Assembly (NCBI GenBank): GCA_033442325.1
Contig: JAWQFM010000027.1
Location: forward strand, 935,047-998,957
Direction of reading: 5' to 3'
DNA from: Salpingoeca rosetta
Lineage: Eukaryota; Protista; Choanoflagellata
DNA length: 63,911 nt
Positions 1 to 15,986 of the stretch are shown piece after piece. Position 1 is the first letter of the stretch. Each line of letters begins with the position of its first letter. The notes under the pieces were generated by a model that was not told the DNA's origin, did not search any database, and was given only the letters and a program-made list of their open reading frames with translations. The position numbers and the translations under genes are program-made.

Positions 1-58
1 TGGCGATTCGCAATATCTTCCGTGAACATTCACCAGTATTTGGGTTTGCGGAAGGAAG

Positions 59-1755
<1,697 letters not shown>

Positions 1756-1920
1756 AGTCCTGTCTTGACGAAAATCATAAACGATGCACAGTAATTCTCC
1801 TCAATGAAAACACAGACGGAGCATTGCGGTGCGCTGGTTGGATACTCGTGTTGCTGCTGTTCCCTCTCCTGCTGTTCTTCTCTTGTCGCTCAAAGCAAAG
1901 AAGCTAAAGAAGCAAAGAGA

Positions 1921-4900
1921 ATGTCACAATCCCCCGCTGTCTTGGGTTTCTGGAGGCTGCAAAAGCTGTTGCTGTTGGCTTTGCCCTTGCTGGTGGTGGC
2001 AAAAGTGTGTGTAACCAACAGCACGGTCCTCAGCGACACTGAGGTATGCATGCGGCTGTGTGCAATGGTGTAGAATGTCCGTGCACAGGTGCACCATCGG
2101 TCATGAAGTCATGAGGAGGGTGTGATCGTGTTGCTGTTGTGTGTCGTTCGGTTGTTGCCGTACTTTGTTTTCCACAGCCTCACGGCCATGGTATGCCCTT
2201 CTGTCGTGCTGGTCTCTGTGTTTACATTAGTTTCTTGCTTCGTCGTGGCCTTGTTCTCACATTCAGCCGTCGGTTTGCACGATGCTCTCCTCCTCAGGCG
2301 GTCGCACTGTGCAAAGAAGTGGACACCACGCTACAACACATTCAAACCACCCTACACCAGCACGACGTGCCATGTACAAGCATTGCAGACAGACAGCATG
2401 ACACCGTACGTTCAGCAGATCGACGCAACAACAGCAACAATGGCACTGCTCACAACCGAACGCATGGGAAGAAGACACCAGAAGCAGGTGCAGTGGTCAC
2501 GGTTGATCTGTCATCGATCCAGCGCATGATGGCCGCCTTTGGGTGCAGTCAGGCGGAAAGAGCGCGCACACTCAGCACACAAGCGCAAAGCTCTCACCCA
2601 GAGGAAACGGCTGTGCTCTTGCCTGAAACCAATCTCAGCAAGAAGAGCAACCCCGCAGCGCTTCACTCAACTCCACCTCCACAGCGGCGCCGTGCGCGTG
2701 TGCGCCGAAATGATGAGCCAGTCGTGCAGGCGGGCCAGTGCACTCTGCAGAGTGTGATCGATGGCTCGTGCCCCGGCGCAAACGGGGAAAGCCTCGTTCT
2801 GACTCTATTCGAGAGCGATCCCGCTCGTGTGAATGACAGTACCGACGCGAGCACGCTCCTCAGAATTTCTCCCTCAGTTCGCGCGTTGACGCTCAGTGGC
2901 CATGTTGAACACGCTGCTGTCCAGTGGATCCTGGGCAATGGCAACTGGACGGCGTGCACAACGGTATTCTGTGAAGGCGTTCAGTTTGCCACCTTTGAGC
3001 TGAGCGTGCTCAACCCTATGTCTCGCCTCGGCACAATCTGGATCCGCAACAGCGTGCTGCTGCGTGAGGTTGCTGTGGTAGGGTTTCTTCACGGACAAGG
3101 CATCACCACGTTCCGGGTGGAGAATTGCTCGTTGACAAACGTCCCAGAACTATCCGCCATGGCATCCCTGACGCTCCTCAGCGTGGACCAAAACCGCATC
3201 GGCCACGTGTCTCGCGACGACTTGACAGGGCTGGCATCCTTACAGCAGTTGGGCCTGGCCCAGAACATCATTTGCCATGTTGAATCAGGCGCGTTCCAGG
3301 ACCTCACACAGTTGCGCCAGTTGTTTATGGGCAACAACGATATCAGCACTCTCCCTTCTGGGCTGCTGCACCGGCTTTCGCGCCTTACAACATTGCACCT
3401 TCACAGGAATCCAATCAGGAGGCTGCGACCGGGCGTATTCTCCGCCCTCACAGCGCTTGAGACCCTTGTCCTTGAAAACACGCTCCTCACCAGCTTGCCA
3501 CCGACATTGTTTGGGAACTCGACCCGCCTGAACTTATTGGCATTGTCCGGTAATTTGATCACATCCCTTCCAGAGGCCATCTTTTCTGGCCTGTCGGTAT
3601 TGGAGCGGCTGTTGCTCTTCAGCAACCGACTGACATCGCTACCACGGGGCGTGTTCCGTGACCTGAAGGCACTGAGAATGTTGGACCTATTCGACAACCA
3701 GCTTCGTTCTTTACCTAATGGCCTCCTTCAGTGCAACACGCGTCTCATTTCTTTCTTCTGCAAAGACAATCGCCTGACCGCCCTTCCCTCAAACCTTTTT
3801 ATCAACAGCAACTCGCTGGAACACATTTCGTTTGCCAACAACGCCCTGCGCTCCATCGACAACGTTCTTGGGGCTGCTCCCCTGCCATCTTTGGGCGCCC
3901 TTGACTTGGATGATAACCAGATTACGAGCTTGAACCTTTCCACCACAGCCCCGTCCCTCTGGCAAGTGTCCATGAGCGGCAATCCGGTGGAGGAGCTGCC
4001 AGACATCAGCATGACGCCTGCACTGCACACATTCCGACTGCAGGGCCATCATGTCAACCACATCAACCTGGCCGCATTTCTTGCCCTTTCCAACCTAGTG
4101 GTTCTGGAGCTCGATGCATCTGAGCAAGCAAAATCAAGGGCAGTACTGACCGAAACGAACATCGCCAGCGTAGCGCCGCTGTCAGCACTGAGGATTGAAA
4201 ACGTGGACATCAGTGCCGTGGTGCCGTTAATCGAGCGGCTTCCGACCCTCAACCTCCATGTGCTGCACGTGGGTTGGTCGGGCGCCACGATTGACACGCT
4301 TCCAATCAGTGCATTGTGCAAACTGCTTGCACGCGACGTACGTGAGCTCCGCATTGTCAGCACGGACTATAGAACCATCGAGCTGTGTCCTGGGAAGACG
4401 TTCGAGACGCTTGTTTTGACTAACAACAAGTATCTCCAATCTCTCACTGTCCACAACCCGCTGCGTGAACTCAACGCATCAGGCTGCTGGCAACTGGCCT
4501 CCATCGACGCGCCTCCAATCGACATCCTGGACATCAGCAACACCCGGTTTCCACCAACTGCTGCGCTGTGTACGCGATGGGGACGTCGGGTCCTTTTCGC
4601 CCGAAACTTAGCTGGGCTTGCTGACACGCAACATGCTGCAACCATGATGCGAAACTGTGTGAATGAAGTGGATGTGCTGGACCTTTCTGGCAACACGTGG
4701 TTGGGCCAGCTGGCTGAGATCAACCGTGTTGCAGAGAGAAGAGTTGCCCTTTCGGACGCGGAATTTCGAACAGCTGACCTCGTTGTCATACCAAACCGCC
4801 CCATTCCTCCCATTCTACAGCTGACCAATGCTCCCATTGAATGCGCGCTTCAGCTGTCAAATCAGGACTTGCGACCACTACGCGACCTCTCCACGTTGAC

Positions 4901-6218
4901 ACCACACGTTGTGTTCTCCTTCCACTGCACATGCGCGCGTGGCTTCAAGGCGGCTGCCACTGGGCGGTGCGTGGGGGCCAACCCCGATGTTGCTGGCATT
5001 GCTGCTGGCTCTGTCATTGGCGGCCTTGCCCTTGGCTTGCTCATGGCGTGGCTGTCACGCCGCTACCGTGGCCTGACCAAGCGCATCGGCCTGCAGGAGC
5101 AACTGCTTGTGGAACGGGACGAGGAGGTGATGGCGCTGAAGAAGGCGTGGGAGATTGAGTACGATGAGCTGAGGATGATCAAGCGTGTGGCTGCGGGTGC
5201 GTTTGGCGTGGTGTTCAAGGCAGAGTGGGACACGGTGACAGTGGCAGTGAAAGTGCTGCAGCAAGGGGTGATGATGTTTGACGAGAGCACGGTGCTTGAG
5301 TTTGAGAAGGAGGTGGAGTTTCTGCAGCGGACACGGCATCCGAATGTGGTGCGGTTCTTTGGCGCGGGCACGGATCCCAACGGCAGCCCGTTCCTGGTGC
5401 TGGAGTTTGTTGCTCTGGGGTCACTGAAAGACTTGTTGGGGAAGGATATGGAACAGGTGTTGAGGGAGGTGAGGAACAAGGATGTTGAGAAAAGCAGCAA
5501 CGGCAGTGTCGGTGATGATGTGAATAGTGTGTGGGACTTGAAGCTGCGACTACTGCGTGATGTTGCCAGTGGGATGGCCTTCATCCACAGCCTCGACCAG
5601 ATGCACCGGTGCGTTTGTGTGTGTGTGTGTGTGTGTGCATGTGTGTGTATGTAAGTTTGTGTGTTTTTGCATGCAGGCACGTGCTTGTTGCTCATTGCCC
5701 ATCCAAGCCTCACCCCCCTCATCAACACCACCCAAACAGAGACCTGAAGAGCGGCAACGTGCTGGTTTCGTCGTCCCTTCGCGCGAAGATCACGGATTTC
5801 GGATCCATTCGCCAGTGCTTCACGCGTGACAGGAACCAGCACAAGCAGCGCACCCGCCTGTCATCCACCCATGATGTTGATGATCCGCAATACAGCCCGC
5901 AAGCTGGACTGCAGACGATGACGAGCATGACGCTGACGGCTGGCGTGGGCACGCCGCTGTACATGGCACCAGAGGCATTGACGGGCGACAAGTACAGCTT
6001 TGAAGCCGACATCTTCAGCTTTGGGGTGCTGATGTGGGAGGTCACGACCCAGCGTGTGCCGGACTTGATTGAGCAGGAGAAGGGGAGCGGGTATCGGGGC
6101 CCGATCCTCGCCACCATCAGCAACTTAATGGCAGATGGGAAGCGGCTTCGGTTCGAGGATGGTGAACAAGATGGTGAGTTGTGTGCATGTGTGCATGTGT
6201 GTGTGTGTGTGTGTGTGC

Positions 6219-6288
<70 letters not shown>

Positions 6289-6479
6289 GTGTGTGTGTGT
6301 GTGTGTGTGATGTGCCTGGGTTGGTTGCTGACGCATCGTTTCTCCCCACTCACACACACACACACCCCTACCCTACAGCCATCCCCGAGTGGTTCCAGTC
6401 GCTGACGTACAAGTGCATGGCGCAAGACCCGCGTGAGCGCCCGTCGTTTGGAGAACTCAAGGACCACCACTTTGCTTAG
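1921..6479 (+). CDS. LRR receptor-like protein kinase A (signal peptide, prodomain, LRRs, Cys-rich stalk, TM, TKL-type kinase); 4 exons
   Basis: Exons 1921-2043, 2298-5608, 5740-6173, 6379-6479. 24-aa LRRs (LxxLxLxxNxLxxLPxxxF); TM VAGIAAGSVIGGLALGLLMAWL; kinase motifs AGAFGVV, VAVK, HR|DLKSGN (split by an intron), DFG, GTPLYMAPE. Confidence 0.92.
4980..6479 (+). repeat. Left arm of ~1.5 kb inverted repeat (TM-kinase half of LRR kinase A, introns included)
   Basis: Matches the reverse complement of 51355-52836; nearly identical from 5277 onward; similarity ends at the stop codon. Confidence 0.92.
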
Positions 6480-6721
6480 AATTGTTTGATGGGTTGTTGC
6501 TTTTGTTGTTGTGGATGCTCGCTGTTCATTGTTCGTTGTGCGTTGCCTTTCTACATTCCCTCACAACGGTTGAACAACTTGGGGGTGATGCCACAGCGCT
6601 CGTTGATGTTGTGTTATTCCTTACTCACGTCAATACATTTCCTCCAGTGCATATGTTAAACACAAACCGGAACAACTTGGGGGACCTTCCGCAAACCACA
6701 CCACCACCACCACCGCCACCA

Positions 6722-7538
6722 TTAAGCCGGGCTGCTCTGGTTCAGGCGGTAGGGGCGATGGAAGGTTGCACGCATGGTGTTTGCACCACGCAGGTTAGCG
6801 CCCTGCAGGTTGCAGCCCGAGAGATCAGACTCGCCAAGGTCCGTCCCGGCCATATTCGAGCACCTGATATGCATGAGCGTGCACGTGAGGTGTGAGTGAG
6901 AGAGTGTGTGAGTGAGTGAGTGAGTGTGTGAGTGTGAGTGAGTGTGAGTGAGTGTGAGTGAGTGTGTGTGTGAGCGTGTGTGGGTGAGAGTGAGTGAGTG
7001 TGTGAGTGTGCGAGTGAGTGAGTGAGTGAGAGAGAGTGTGTGTGTGGGTGAGTGAGTGAGTGAGTGAGAGAGTGTGTGTGGGTGAGTGAGTGAGTGAGTG
7101 AGTGAGTGAGTGAGTGAGTGAGTGTGTGTGTGTGAGTAAGTGTGTGTGTGTGTGTGTGTGAGTGAGTGTGAGTGAGTGAGTGTGAGTGAGTGACTGAGTG
7201 AGTGAGTGAGTGTGTGTGCGTGAGTGTGAGTGAGTGACTGAGTGAGTGAGTGAACGTGGGTGTACATTGCGGGTGTGTCAAGCAAGCAGTTTGCAAGGTA
7301 AGATGTCGCTGCTTGCGCCATCCATCACACCTGAGGTTGCAGTGTCGAAGAACTGCACGCTTGAGACAGGCCACGCGCATGTTCACACAGCTGAGATTCG
7401 AGTCCTCAAAGTCCACACTGCGACACGATGCACCCTGAGGCATACATAGAACGTGCCGGCAAAAGAACACGACGTGAGCAGGCTAAGCGACTGCACATCC
7501 ACCAGACCACTCGAAGAAATGGAAGCGCTGATACACAC

Positions 7539-7621
<83 letters not shown>

Positions 7622-7630
7622 CACCCACCC

Positions 7631-7661
<31 letters not shown>

Positions 7662-7972
7662 CAGGCGCGCGCACACACGCATACATACACAGACAGACAG
7701 ACAGACAGACACACACACACACACACAGACACAGACCCAACGTATCACCTCGAGCACAGCGTGACTGTAGTGTGATGGGTCGTGGAGGTTGCAGTTGCGA
7801 ACGGAAGCAAAGTCGAGTTTTGCGCGGCTCAGAACACATCCCATCAAATTGGAGCGATCGAGAACAGCGTGCTGTTGCAAAGGATGAACGTCAGTGAAAA
7901 TATGGTGTTGCGGGTGTCAAGCAGGGTTGCTTTCATTACAGGGCGATCAAGCACACACACACACACACACAT

Positions 7973-8022
<50 letters not shown>

Positions 8023-8384
8023 GCACGCATACACACACACACATACACGCACACGCAATCACGCACACGCACACGCAATCACGTGTTGTTTTACCTGTAA
8101 GGATGCGCCTTCGAAGTTGCAGTGTTCGAGATTGCAGTTTGTGAGATTGCAGTGCTGGAGGTTGGCCATCTTGAAGTTGATGTGTCGCAGATCAAGCTGG
8201 TGCATCGTGGACAGTCGTTATAGTAACATGAGGAGGTGGATGATGATGGGGGTGGAGCAGGTGTTGTGGCACGGTGTGATGGGTGCAAGCTCGGTTGCGA
8301 ACAAGGCAGGAGGGAAGACGGAGGAAGGACACAAGAAGAGAAGGACAGCAGAACGGAGAAGGGTAGAAGGGCATACAACACACA

Positions 8385-8434
<50 letters not shown>

Positions 8435-10132
8435 GACTCACGCATGAGAGATCGGCGCGCTCAAAGTTGAGGCCCTGACACCGAAGTGCAGCAGTGGCTG
8501 AAGTTGTCATCAGCATCTTAATCTGGAGATGCGAGACATGGCGTGACGGAGTGTGAGCGTGAGCACAGGGGAGTGAGTGAATGGGAGCGCGCACGTGGGT
8601 GAGACTGTGCACTTTTGTGTGTATGTGTGTATGTGTGTGTGTGTGCGTGTGTGCGTGTGTGAGTGTGATTGTGCACACATGTGCGTAACATGCGCATGCG
8701 GGTGGTTGCAGCTTGGAGGGGTTGCCCACCATATCTGCTCGGCACAGTGGAGGGTTGGGCAGGAGCTGATTCGCCTGCGCGCATGACGTGATGGACATGT
8801 GCGGTGCAGGTGAGTGTCGCACGGCACGACGTAACAGATATCATCCCATCAGCGCAACAAACATCCATAATACATCAGCGGCACCACGCACACCACCCGA
8901 TTGACCACCGCCATTCACCATGACACCAAGGCCGCGGTTCTGCCATGTTGCAGCACGACACACCTCTCGCTCGGCTAGTGGCTCCAACAGCTCAATGGCG
9001 CCCCACAGCCCAAAGAAGTGCGCCTCAGCGAGCACACCTGTCCACGCGTGCATGGGTAGAAGGGGGCATGGAAACAGTGAGGTGCGGGGAGGGATGATGC
9101 GATATCAACGGAGAATGTACACACACAGAGACGGGTATGTCGGCAAGGGGCAGGTGCAGGGAGACAGGCAAACACGCACATAGACCCACACAAAGAAGAC
9201 ACATACACACAGACCCACAGACCCACACATACACACACATACACACAGACACACACAAAGACATAGACACACAGACATAGACACACAGACACAGACACAC
9301 CCCCCCCCCCCTACCGCGTGCGCTGATGCCTGGGTCGAGGATGATGGTCCGGTCGCGGAGATATCCGAGCAGCGGCTCAAAGTAGCGCGGGTTGCGATCA
9401 ATCAGATACGCCCCGCTCTCATCGACAGCACTGCCGGGCGAGCAGTGTGCATTGTGTGCATTGTGTTCATTGTGTGTGTTGAGTGTGTTGAGTGTGTTGT
9501 GTGTGTTGAGTGCATTGTGTGTGTTGAGTGTGTTGTATGTGTTGTGTGTGTTGAGTGCATTGTGTGTGTTGAGTGCATGGTGTGTGTTGAGTGTGTTGAG
9601 TGTGTTGAGTGCATTGTGTGCATTGTGTGCATTGTGTGTTTGTGTGTTGTGGTGTGGCAAGTGGAAGCACGGAATAGGGTTGAAGGAGGAGTGTATGGGT
9701 GAGTTGAGTGAAGATATGTGAGCGCCCAAGATGTTCATCCACTTGTCAAACACACATACACACACACGCACACACACACACACACACACTGTTACCTGTT
9801 CCAGTCCTTTGATGTGAACATGAGGGCAAGCATGGATTCCTCGTCCCGCGTGAGTGTCCCGCGTGTTGTGCGGAAGATTGTTCCACCGACGTTCAGTTTG
9901 ATCCAGTCAGACGCGTCCGAATCTGAGAACCAAGCAGCAACATTGACGCTTGGTTACATGCTCTAGCGAAATGCACGCTGTCTGCAGACAAGCACACTCA
10001 CATACATGTACGCATGCAATCACACACATACACACAGACACACACACACAGACACACAGACACACAGACACACAGACACACAGACACAGACACACAGACA
10101 CACAGACACAGACACAGACACACACAGACACA

Positions 10133-10188
<56 letters not shown>

Positions 10189-10355
10189 GGTCACTGACCC
10201 TCTGTGGCCGTTGGCGCGAGGTGGTTGCACGTGCAGTCACCGGTGGAAGAAACGGGCAATGACGTCAACGATGCAGCGCTGGCACGAAACACATGTACGA
10301 GATGCGCAATGGGCATGGGAGAATTGCAGGGCGGTGACGTTTCGAACCTGTACCA

Positions 10356-10400
<45 letters not shown>

Positions 10401-10437
10401 CACACGACACAGACACACACACACAGACACACACACA

Positions 10438-10479
<42 letters not shown>

Positions 10480-11045
10480 ACGGCGTAGCTCACCGGCAGC
10501 AAGTTGGGCGGACGTGGGCGGAATCCGAGACGAGCAGCACATCGCCATCTCTGATGGTGATGATGATGACGATGGGGGGGGGGCACAAACGAAGAGGAGA
10601 GGGTACGGTTTTTGCGTGAGTAAGGCAGAACACACACACACACACACACACACAGTGACACACACACACACACAGTGCACACACACACAGAGTGCACACA
10701 ACACACACACACACACACACACAGTACACACAACACACACACAGTGCACACACACACAGTACACACAACACACACACACAGTGCACACAACGTCTGCCTA
10801 CATGCAGCGCGTACACACAATGCAGTGCTCTCCTGACCTGACGACGGCGATGGACTCGACCTGTGCCCCATCGCGGTGGAAGCGGAGGGACTGCGCAACA
10901 CATCCGCACGCGCTGCTGGCGGCATCGAGCAGCGCGTCCAGTGTATCCGGCAGTGGAACGACCTGAGCACAGGGCGGTGGTGATGTGGTGGTGAGTATGG
11001 ATGGTGAGCTGAGCTGTGGTGGGGAACCATCGAGTACACATTCCA

Positions 11046-11111
<66 letters not shown>

Positions 11112-13863
11112 TTCGGATGGATTGTTGGCTTTCAAGAACGAGAGTGACACGTTTCGGGACGTCACGGCCCTCATCACCACCGCCGCCGCCATTGGCATTG
11201 GAGATTTGCGCTTGCGGCTCAGGCACGACCATGCCAGGCTGATTCTGGTACAGATACAGCAGTGTGGAGAGATCTCGAAGCACAGCTGATTCCCCGAGCT
11301 TGGAGGCCGCGGCTGTGCTGGCTGCATTGGTAACAGAGTCATTGTCAGCTCGCCTGCCACCTTCATCACCATGATCACCACCATCACCATGATCACCACC
11401 ATCACCATCGTCATCGATAACACCACCACCACCACCACCATCATCATCGATAGCACCAATCGTCGCTGTTGTCGCACCCCCTTCGCTCCCTTCATCGCCA
11501 ACATTGCGATCAGTGTCATCATCGTTGTCGTCAGCACCTTCTGCTCCACTCTCCACTTCGATATACTCACCACCATCATCACCACCACCATCACCATCAC
11601 CACCATCACCACCACTGCTGCTGCTGGTTCCCCTTGATCGTCGCGGCTTTGGCAGCGGTTTTGGGGCGCGGGGCTTTGACACTGATGCTGCCACTGTTGT
11701 TGATGCTGGTGACACTGCTGCTCTCGTGGTTGTCGTGGTTGTCGTGGTTGTTGCATCGTCCATTGCAAGTGATGATGGCTTGCTGCTGCTGGTGGGGGCT
11801 GCGGACGACACGTCTACCTCAGCTGAACGCAATGTGCCAGCAATCGCAGCATGAGTCTCACCGCTACCTCTATCAGCACTTCGATCATCACCATCACCAC
11901 TGCTACCTCTATCAGCACTTCGATCATCACCATCACCACTGCTACCACCGTGCTCAGTATCGTCATCACCATCACCACCATCATCGTCATTACCAGAACC
12001 ACCACGATCCCTGCCAGTCGCGCCCCCCTCCCCACGAGCACCGACGCCGCTCGAAGCCACCTGTACGTGCCGCACGGCCACCGTGTGTCGCAGCCGCGTG
12101 TGTGCGCTGTTGCTGTTACTGCTGCTATTCCCTGTCCCCGCCAGCATCGCCGCCGCTGCTGCGTGTACGTCCACGTCTGCGCCCGCCTCAGCCAGCGCGT
12201 GCTTGAGCTGGAGGTCTTGGAAGTCGCACTGGGAGATGGGGCGAAGGGGCAACGTCGTGATGTGTGACCGCAGCAATGCCGACGATGATGATGATGATGA
12301 TGATGATGATGACGATGATGGTAGCGATGACGAGGATGATGCCAGTCTTGACGGGTTGTCGCTGGAGCCAAATAGGGCCGACAGCATGGCGTGCGTGGCT
12401 GAGGTTGAGGTGGCATTGGGCTGCGACGCTGAAGATGCCGAGGCGGCTGGGAATGGTTGCGACGACGACGACACAGCAGACGACGACGACGACAGCGATG
12501 ATGATGCCGGCAGCTTTGCCGACCCGTGCTTCAGCGCTGCTGCTCTTGCTTCTCTCGCCTCCACCAGCCGCAGCGCCTGTGAACAAGGCGAAGAGGGGAG
12601 CGATGGTGTTGGCGTGAGGTGTTGGCGTGAGGTGCGGCACCCAAAACGAGAGTGTTCGTCGCTGAACAGCCAGTCATACAGAATGCAGAAAGACACTGGG
12701 AACACAGGCTGCAGAACAAGCGGAAAGGAGAGGGGAGACAGATATGCACATACATGTACACACAGACACAGACAGACAAACAAAGACAGACAGACAGACA
12801 CACACACACACAGATAGACAGACACAGACACACACACAATCACAGACAGACACACAATCACACACACACACACACAATCACAAGCGCAGGCACACACAAT
12901 CACACGCGCAGACACACAGACACACACACACACACAATGTGCCAACCTGTTCGACGCTGATGCGTCCGTCACGGACGGAGTTCATAAGCTGTATTTGGTC
13001 CTCGTTTGACAGTTCAGCCATACTGCCGCCACCACCGCCGCTCTTGTCCCGTCGATGTCGCTTGTGGTGTGAAGTTGAGGATGCCGAAGAAGGTGGTGGC
13101 GGCGGCGGCGGCGGCTGCTGCTGCTGCTGTAACGGGTGTTCGGGTTGCTGTTGTTGTTGCAGTTGGTGCGGCGCCATTGTCGCTGTTGCTGTTGGTGGCG
13201 ATCGAGGCTTTGATGCCAAAGCAGACGATGCAGCAGTTGAGTGCTGGACATCGGGTGCATGCGCGCTGAACGTTCGCGCAGGCTCATGTGTCGGCGTGGT
13301 GCTGTCAGCGCCAGATGTCGCGCGTTCGCTGTCAACGGCCAGCACCTACAGGCAAAGGGGAGGGGAGGAGGGTCAGAGGAAGGGAAAGCATGGTGTGAGT
13401 GGAGTGGATGCATTGTTGGATAGCACGCGTTGAGTGTCATGACTGCATATTCAGACCTGCAAAACAAGGTACCCACAGACACAGACAAACAGGCACGGAC
13501 GCACACACGCATACGCACATACAGACGCAGATAGACAGAGACACACACACACTCACACACAGACACTCATCCACACACACCCACACACAGACACCCACAC
13601 ACAGACACCCACACCCACACCCACACACACACACACACACACTCTCTCTCTCAGACAACCATCCACACACAGACAGACAGACAAACGCAGCCCACCTCTG
13701 CAATGGCATCATCCACGGAAAGGTTGCCTTGCTTGACACGTTCCATGACCGTGATGAGCTCGGTGCTGCTCAGCGTCAAGTCGCTCGCGCGCAACAGCTG
13801 CTGCTGCTGCTGCCGTTGCTGTGCCTGCCGCCCTGCGGCATCTCCATTCTTGTGAAGTGACAT
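6722..13863 (-). CDS. KCTD9: KCTD9 orthologue (KHA + BTB/POZ + pentapeptide repeats) with long low-complexity N-terminal extension; multi-exon
   Basis: KHA-like PKRVTLV...[16 protein letters not shown]...IAVVR|DGDVLLVS (11160-10500). [22 protein letters not shown] and [24 protein letters not shown]9-typical [12 protein letters not shown]|[13 protein letters not shown] and pentapeptide exons ending at stop 6722. Upstream exons 13863-13696, 13345-12947, 12576-11110 join in frame; the 5' extent is less certain. Confidence 0.85.
6889..7252. repeat. (TGAG)n/(TG)n compound microsatellite filling the last KCTD9 intron
   Basis: Direct reading. Confidence 0.95.
7537..7620. repeat. (CAGA)n microsatellite, intronic
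   Basis: Direct reading. Confidence 0.95.
9443..9645. repeat. Degenerate 9-bp-unit minisatellite (gtgtgttga / gtgcattgt), intronic in KCTD9
   Basis: Direct reading. Confidence 0.85.
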
Positions 13864-14228
13864 GGCGGTGTGACCTCGGAGGGCGCGGTGTGTGTGCTCT
13901 TGGAAACTGTCACTTTGGCGCAAGTGAACTTGGACTTGTTGGGTTGGTGGAGGGCGGTTGTTGTGGTCGTCTGACAGCGACCAACTGCTTGCGGTGTTTG
14001 TTTGTTTGGCTGCCCAAAATACACGGTTTGCAGATTAATGGCGAACATCTTCATATATTTTTCCCGACTTGAACTTGTTTGGCGGACACAGCAAACAAAA
14101 GCAGCCAGCAACGCCAAACCAAGCGAAGCAGCAAACGTTTCCCTCCGCTTAACTCGACACCCGACCTCACGCTCACGCTCACGCTCAGCAGGCGCCTTGC
14201 TCGTCGGCAGTGGTGAAGGTGTGGGAAG
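13864..14228. promoter_or_regulatory. Probable bidirectional promoter, KCTD9 / XPG
   Basis: 365 bp between divergent start codons; inferred from position only. Confidence 0.55.
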
Positions 14229-15944
14229 ATGGGAGTGAAGGGCTTGTGGCAGTTGCTGGAGGTGGTGGGTCGCCCCGTGCAAATGGACGACTTGGAAGGG
14301 CAGGTGCTGGCTGTGGACGCCAGCATCTGGCTGCACCAGATTGTGCGGGCCATGCGCAACGACAAGGGCGAGCTGGTGCGCAACGCGCATATCCACGCCA
14401 TGCTTGCGCGCATCTGCCGTCTCATTCACCACCGCATCAAACCCGTCTTTGTCTTTGACGGCGGTGCCCCGCTCATCAAGAAACAGACCATTGTGAGTAG
14501 CGAGTGTGTAGGAGTGTGGGTGTGTGTGTGTGTGTGTGTGTGATTGAGTGCGTGTGTGTGATTGAGTGCGTGTGTGTAACTGAGAGAGCGTGACAACAAC
14601 GTGTGAGTTAGTTTACGAGTCCGTGCGTGTTTGTGTGACGTCTCTCTCTGTGTGTGCGTGCGTGCGTGTGAGCATGATTGAGTGTGTGTGTGTGTGTTTG
14701 AGTGCGTGTGTGTGATTGTGTGTGTGTGTGCGTGCGTGTGTGTGTGTGTGCATGTTCTCGGTTGCGACCGGTGTTGCGAATGCATCTATTGTCAGTGCAG
14801 CTACAGCATCGCTCGTCTCACCGTCACGTGCACATGCGCATGTTCACAAACAAACTCACACTTTGTGTCTCTAGGCCGAGCGCAGCAAACGGCAGACGGA
14901 GGGCGCCCAGTCTTTGCGTGCTCGCCAGCAACAGCTTCTTCTCAACACCATCAAGCAGTCGGTGCGTGATGTGTTGACGACGCGTGCCTCATTGTTGTTG
15001 CCCTTGCACCACCTTCCTCGCCTCCCTCAGCTTTACATTACATGCACGTACACACTCGTGCACACACACACTCTCGCACACACACACACACACACCAACA
15101 CATACACACGCACACACACACACACTCGCACACGTACACACATACGCACATACACACTCACGCGCACACTCATCCCCCTTTCCAGCTTGCCAACAAGGCG
15201 GCGAGTGCACATGATGCGAGCAAGCAAGCGCGCGACGAATCAACTCTTGTACATGCACCTGCGCACGACGAGGGTGAGGTGGAGGTCATTCATGATGATG
15301 ATGACGACGACGACGATGATGATGGTGGCAGCGATGAAGAAGAGAGTGAGGGCGCGAGCAGCTCGGATGAGGATGACGGTGTGGACATGATATCTCTGGA
15401 GGACATTGGGCGGTTGATTGAGGCACAGCGGCAGCTGGAGCCCCCGGACGTGCGTGGCGATGACACAATTGACCCGTACATCGACATGACCCGCGCTCGC
15501 GTGTTCACGCCAGCATTTGACCGCCTGTCCCTTGAAGAGCAGTACCACATCATCTTGGAGGCGCGCGAGAGACTCAAGAGCAGCTGGCGCCGTGGTGGCG
15601 GTGGCGGCGGTGATCATGGCGGCGGTGGTGGTCGTGGTGGCGGCGGTGGTGGTCATGGCGGCAAGCAGCGGCTGGGGCGGGGCGATAGTGACTCCTTTTC
15701 GACTGGGCAGCTGTCCAAACTGATGAAGCGAGACCAGCTGACACGTCGACTGGATGAGATCAGGCAGCAGCTGCTGGAGGCGAACAGCATTGACGGGACC
15801 CCAGCCATGCGCATCGTCTCGGAGGACACCGCCGTGTACACGCTCAAGCGACCGTGAGTCGTGTTGTGTTCGCACGTGCCGGTTGCGATGGTGGGGTGTG
15901 ATTTCTGTTCCCTTGCAATAGCATGCACATGTGCATGCCTATGT

Positions 15945-15986
<42 letters not shown>

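Noticed and set aside
5150-6479. Calling the LRR receptors tyrosine kinases or kinase-TLRs
   Set aside because: HRDLKSGN and GTPLYMAPE are TKL/Ser-Thr-type motifs, and the ORF stops right after the kinase with no TIR domain.
9443-9645. Regular repeats resembling a CRISPR array (also 18508-18605 and 41216-41280)
   Set aside because: No unique spacers, intronic, eukaryotic context, no cas genes.
11862-11945. 39-bp tandem duplication ([13 protein letters not shown] x2) in the KCTD9 extension
   Set aside because: Ordinary slippage in a disordered region with no functional signal.
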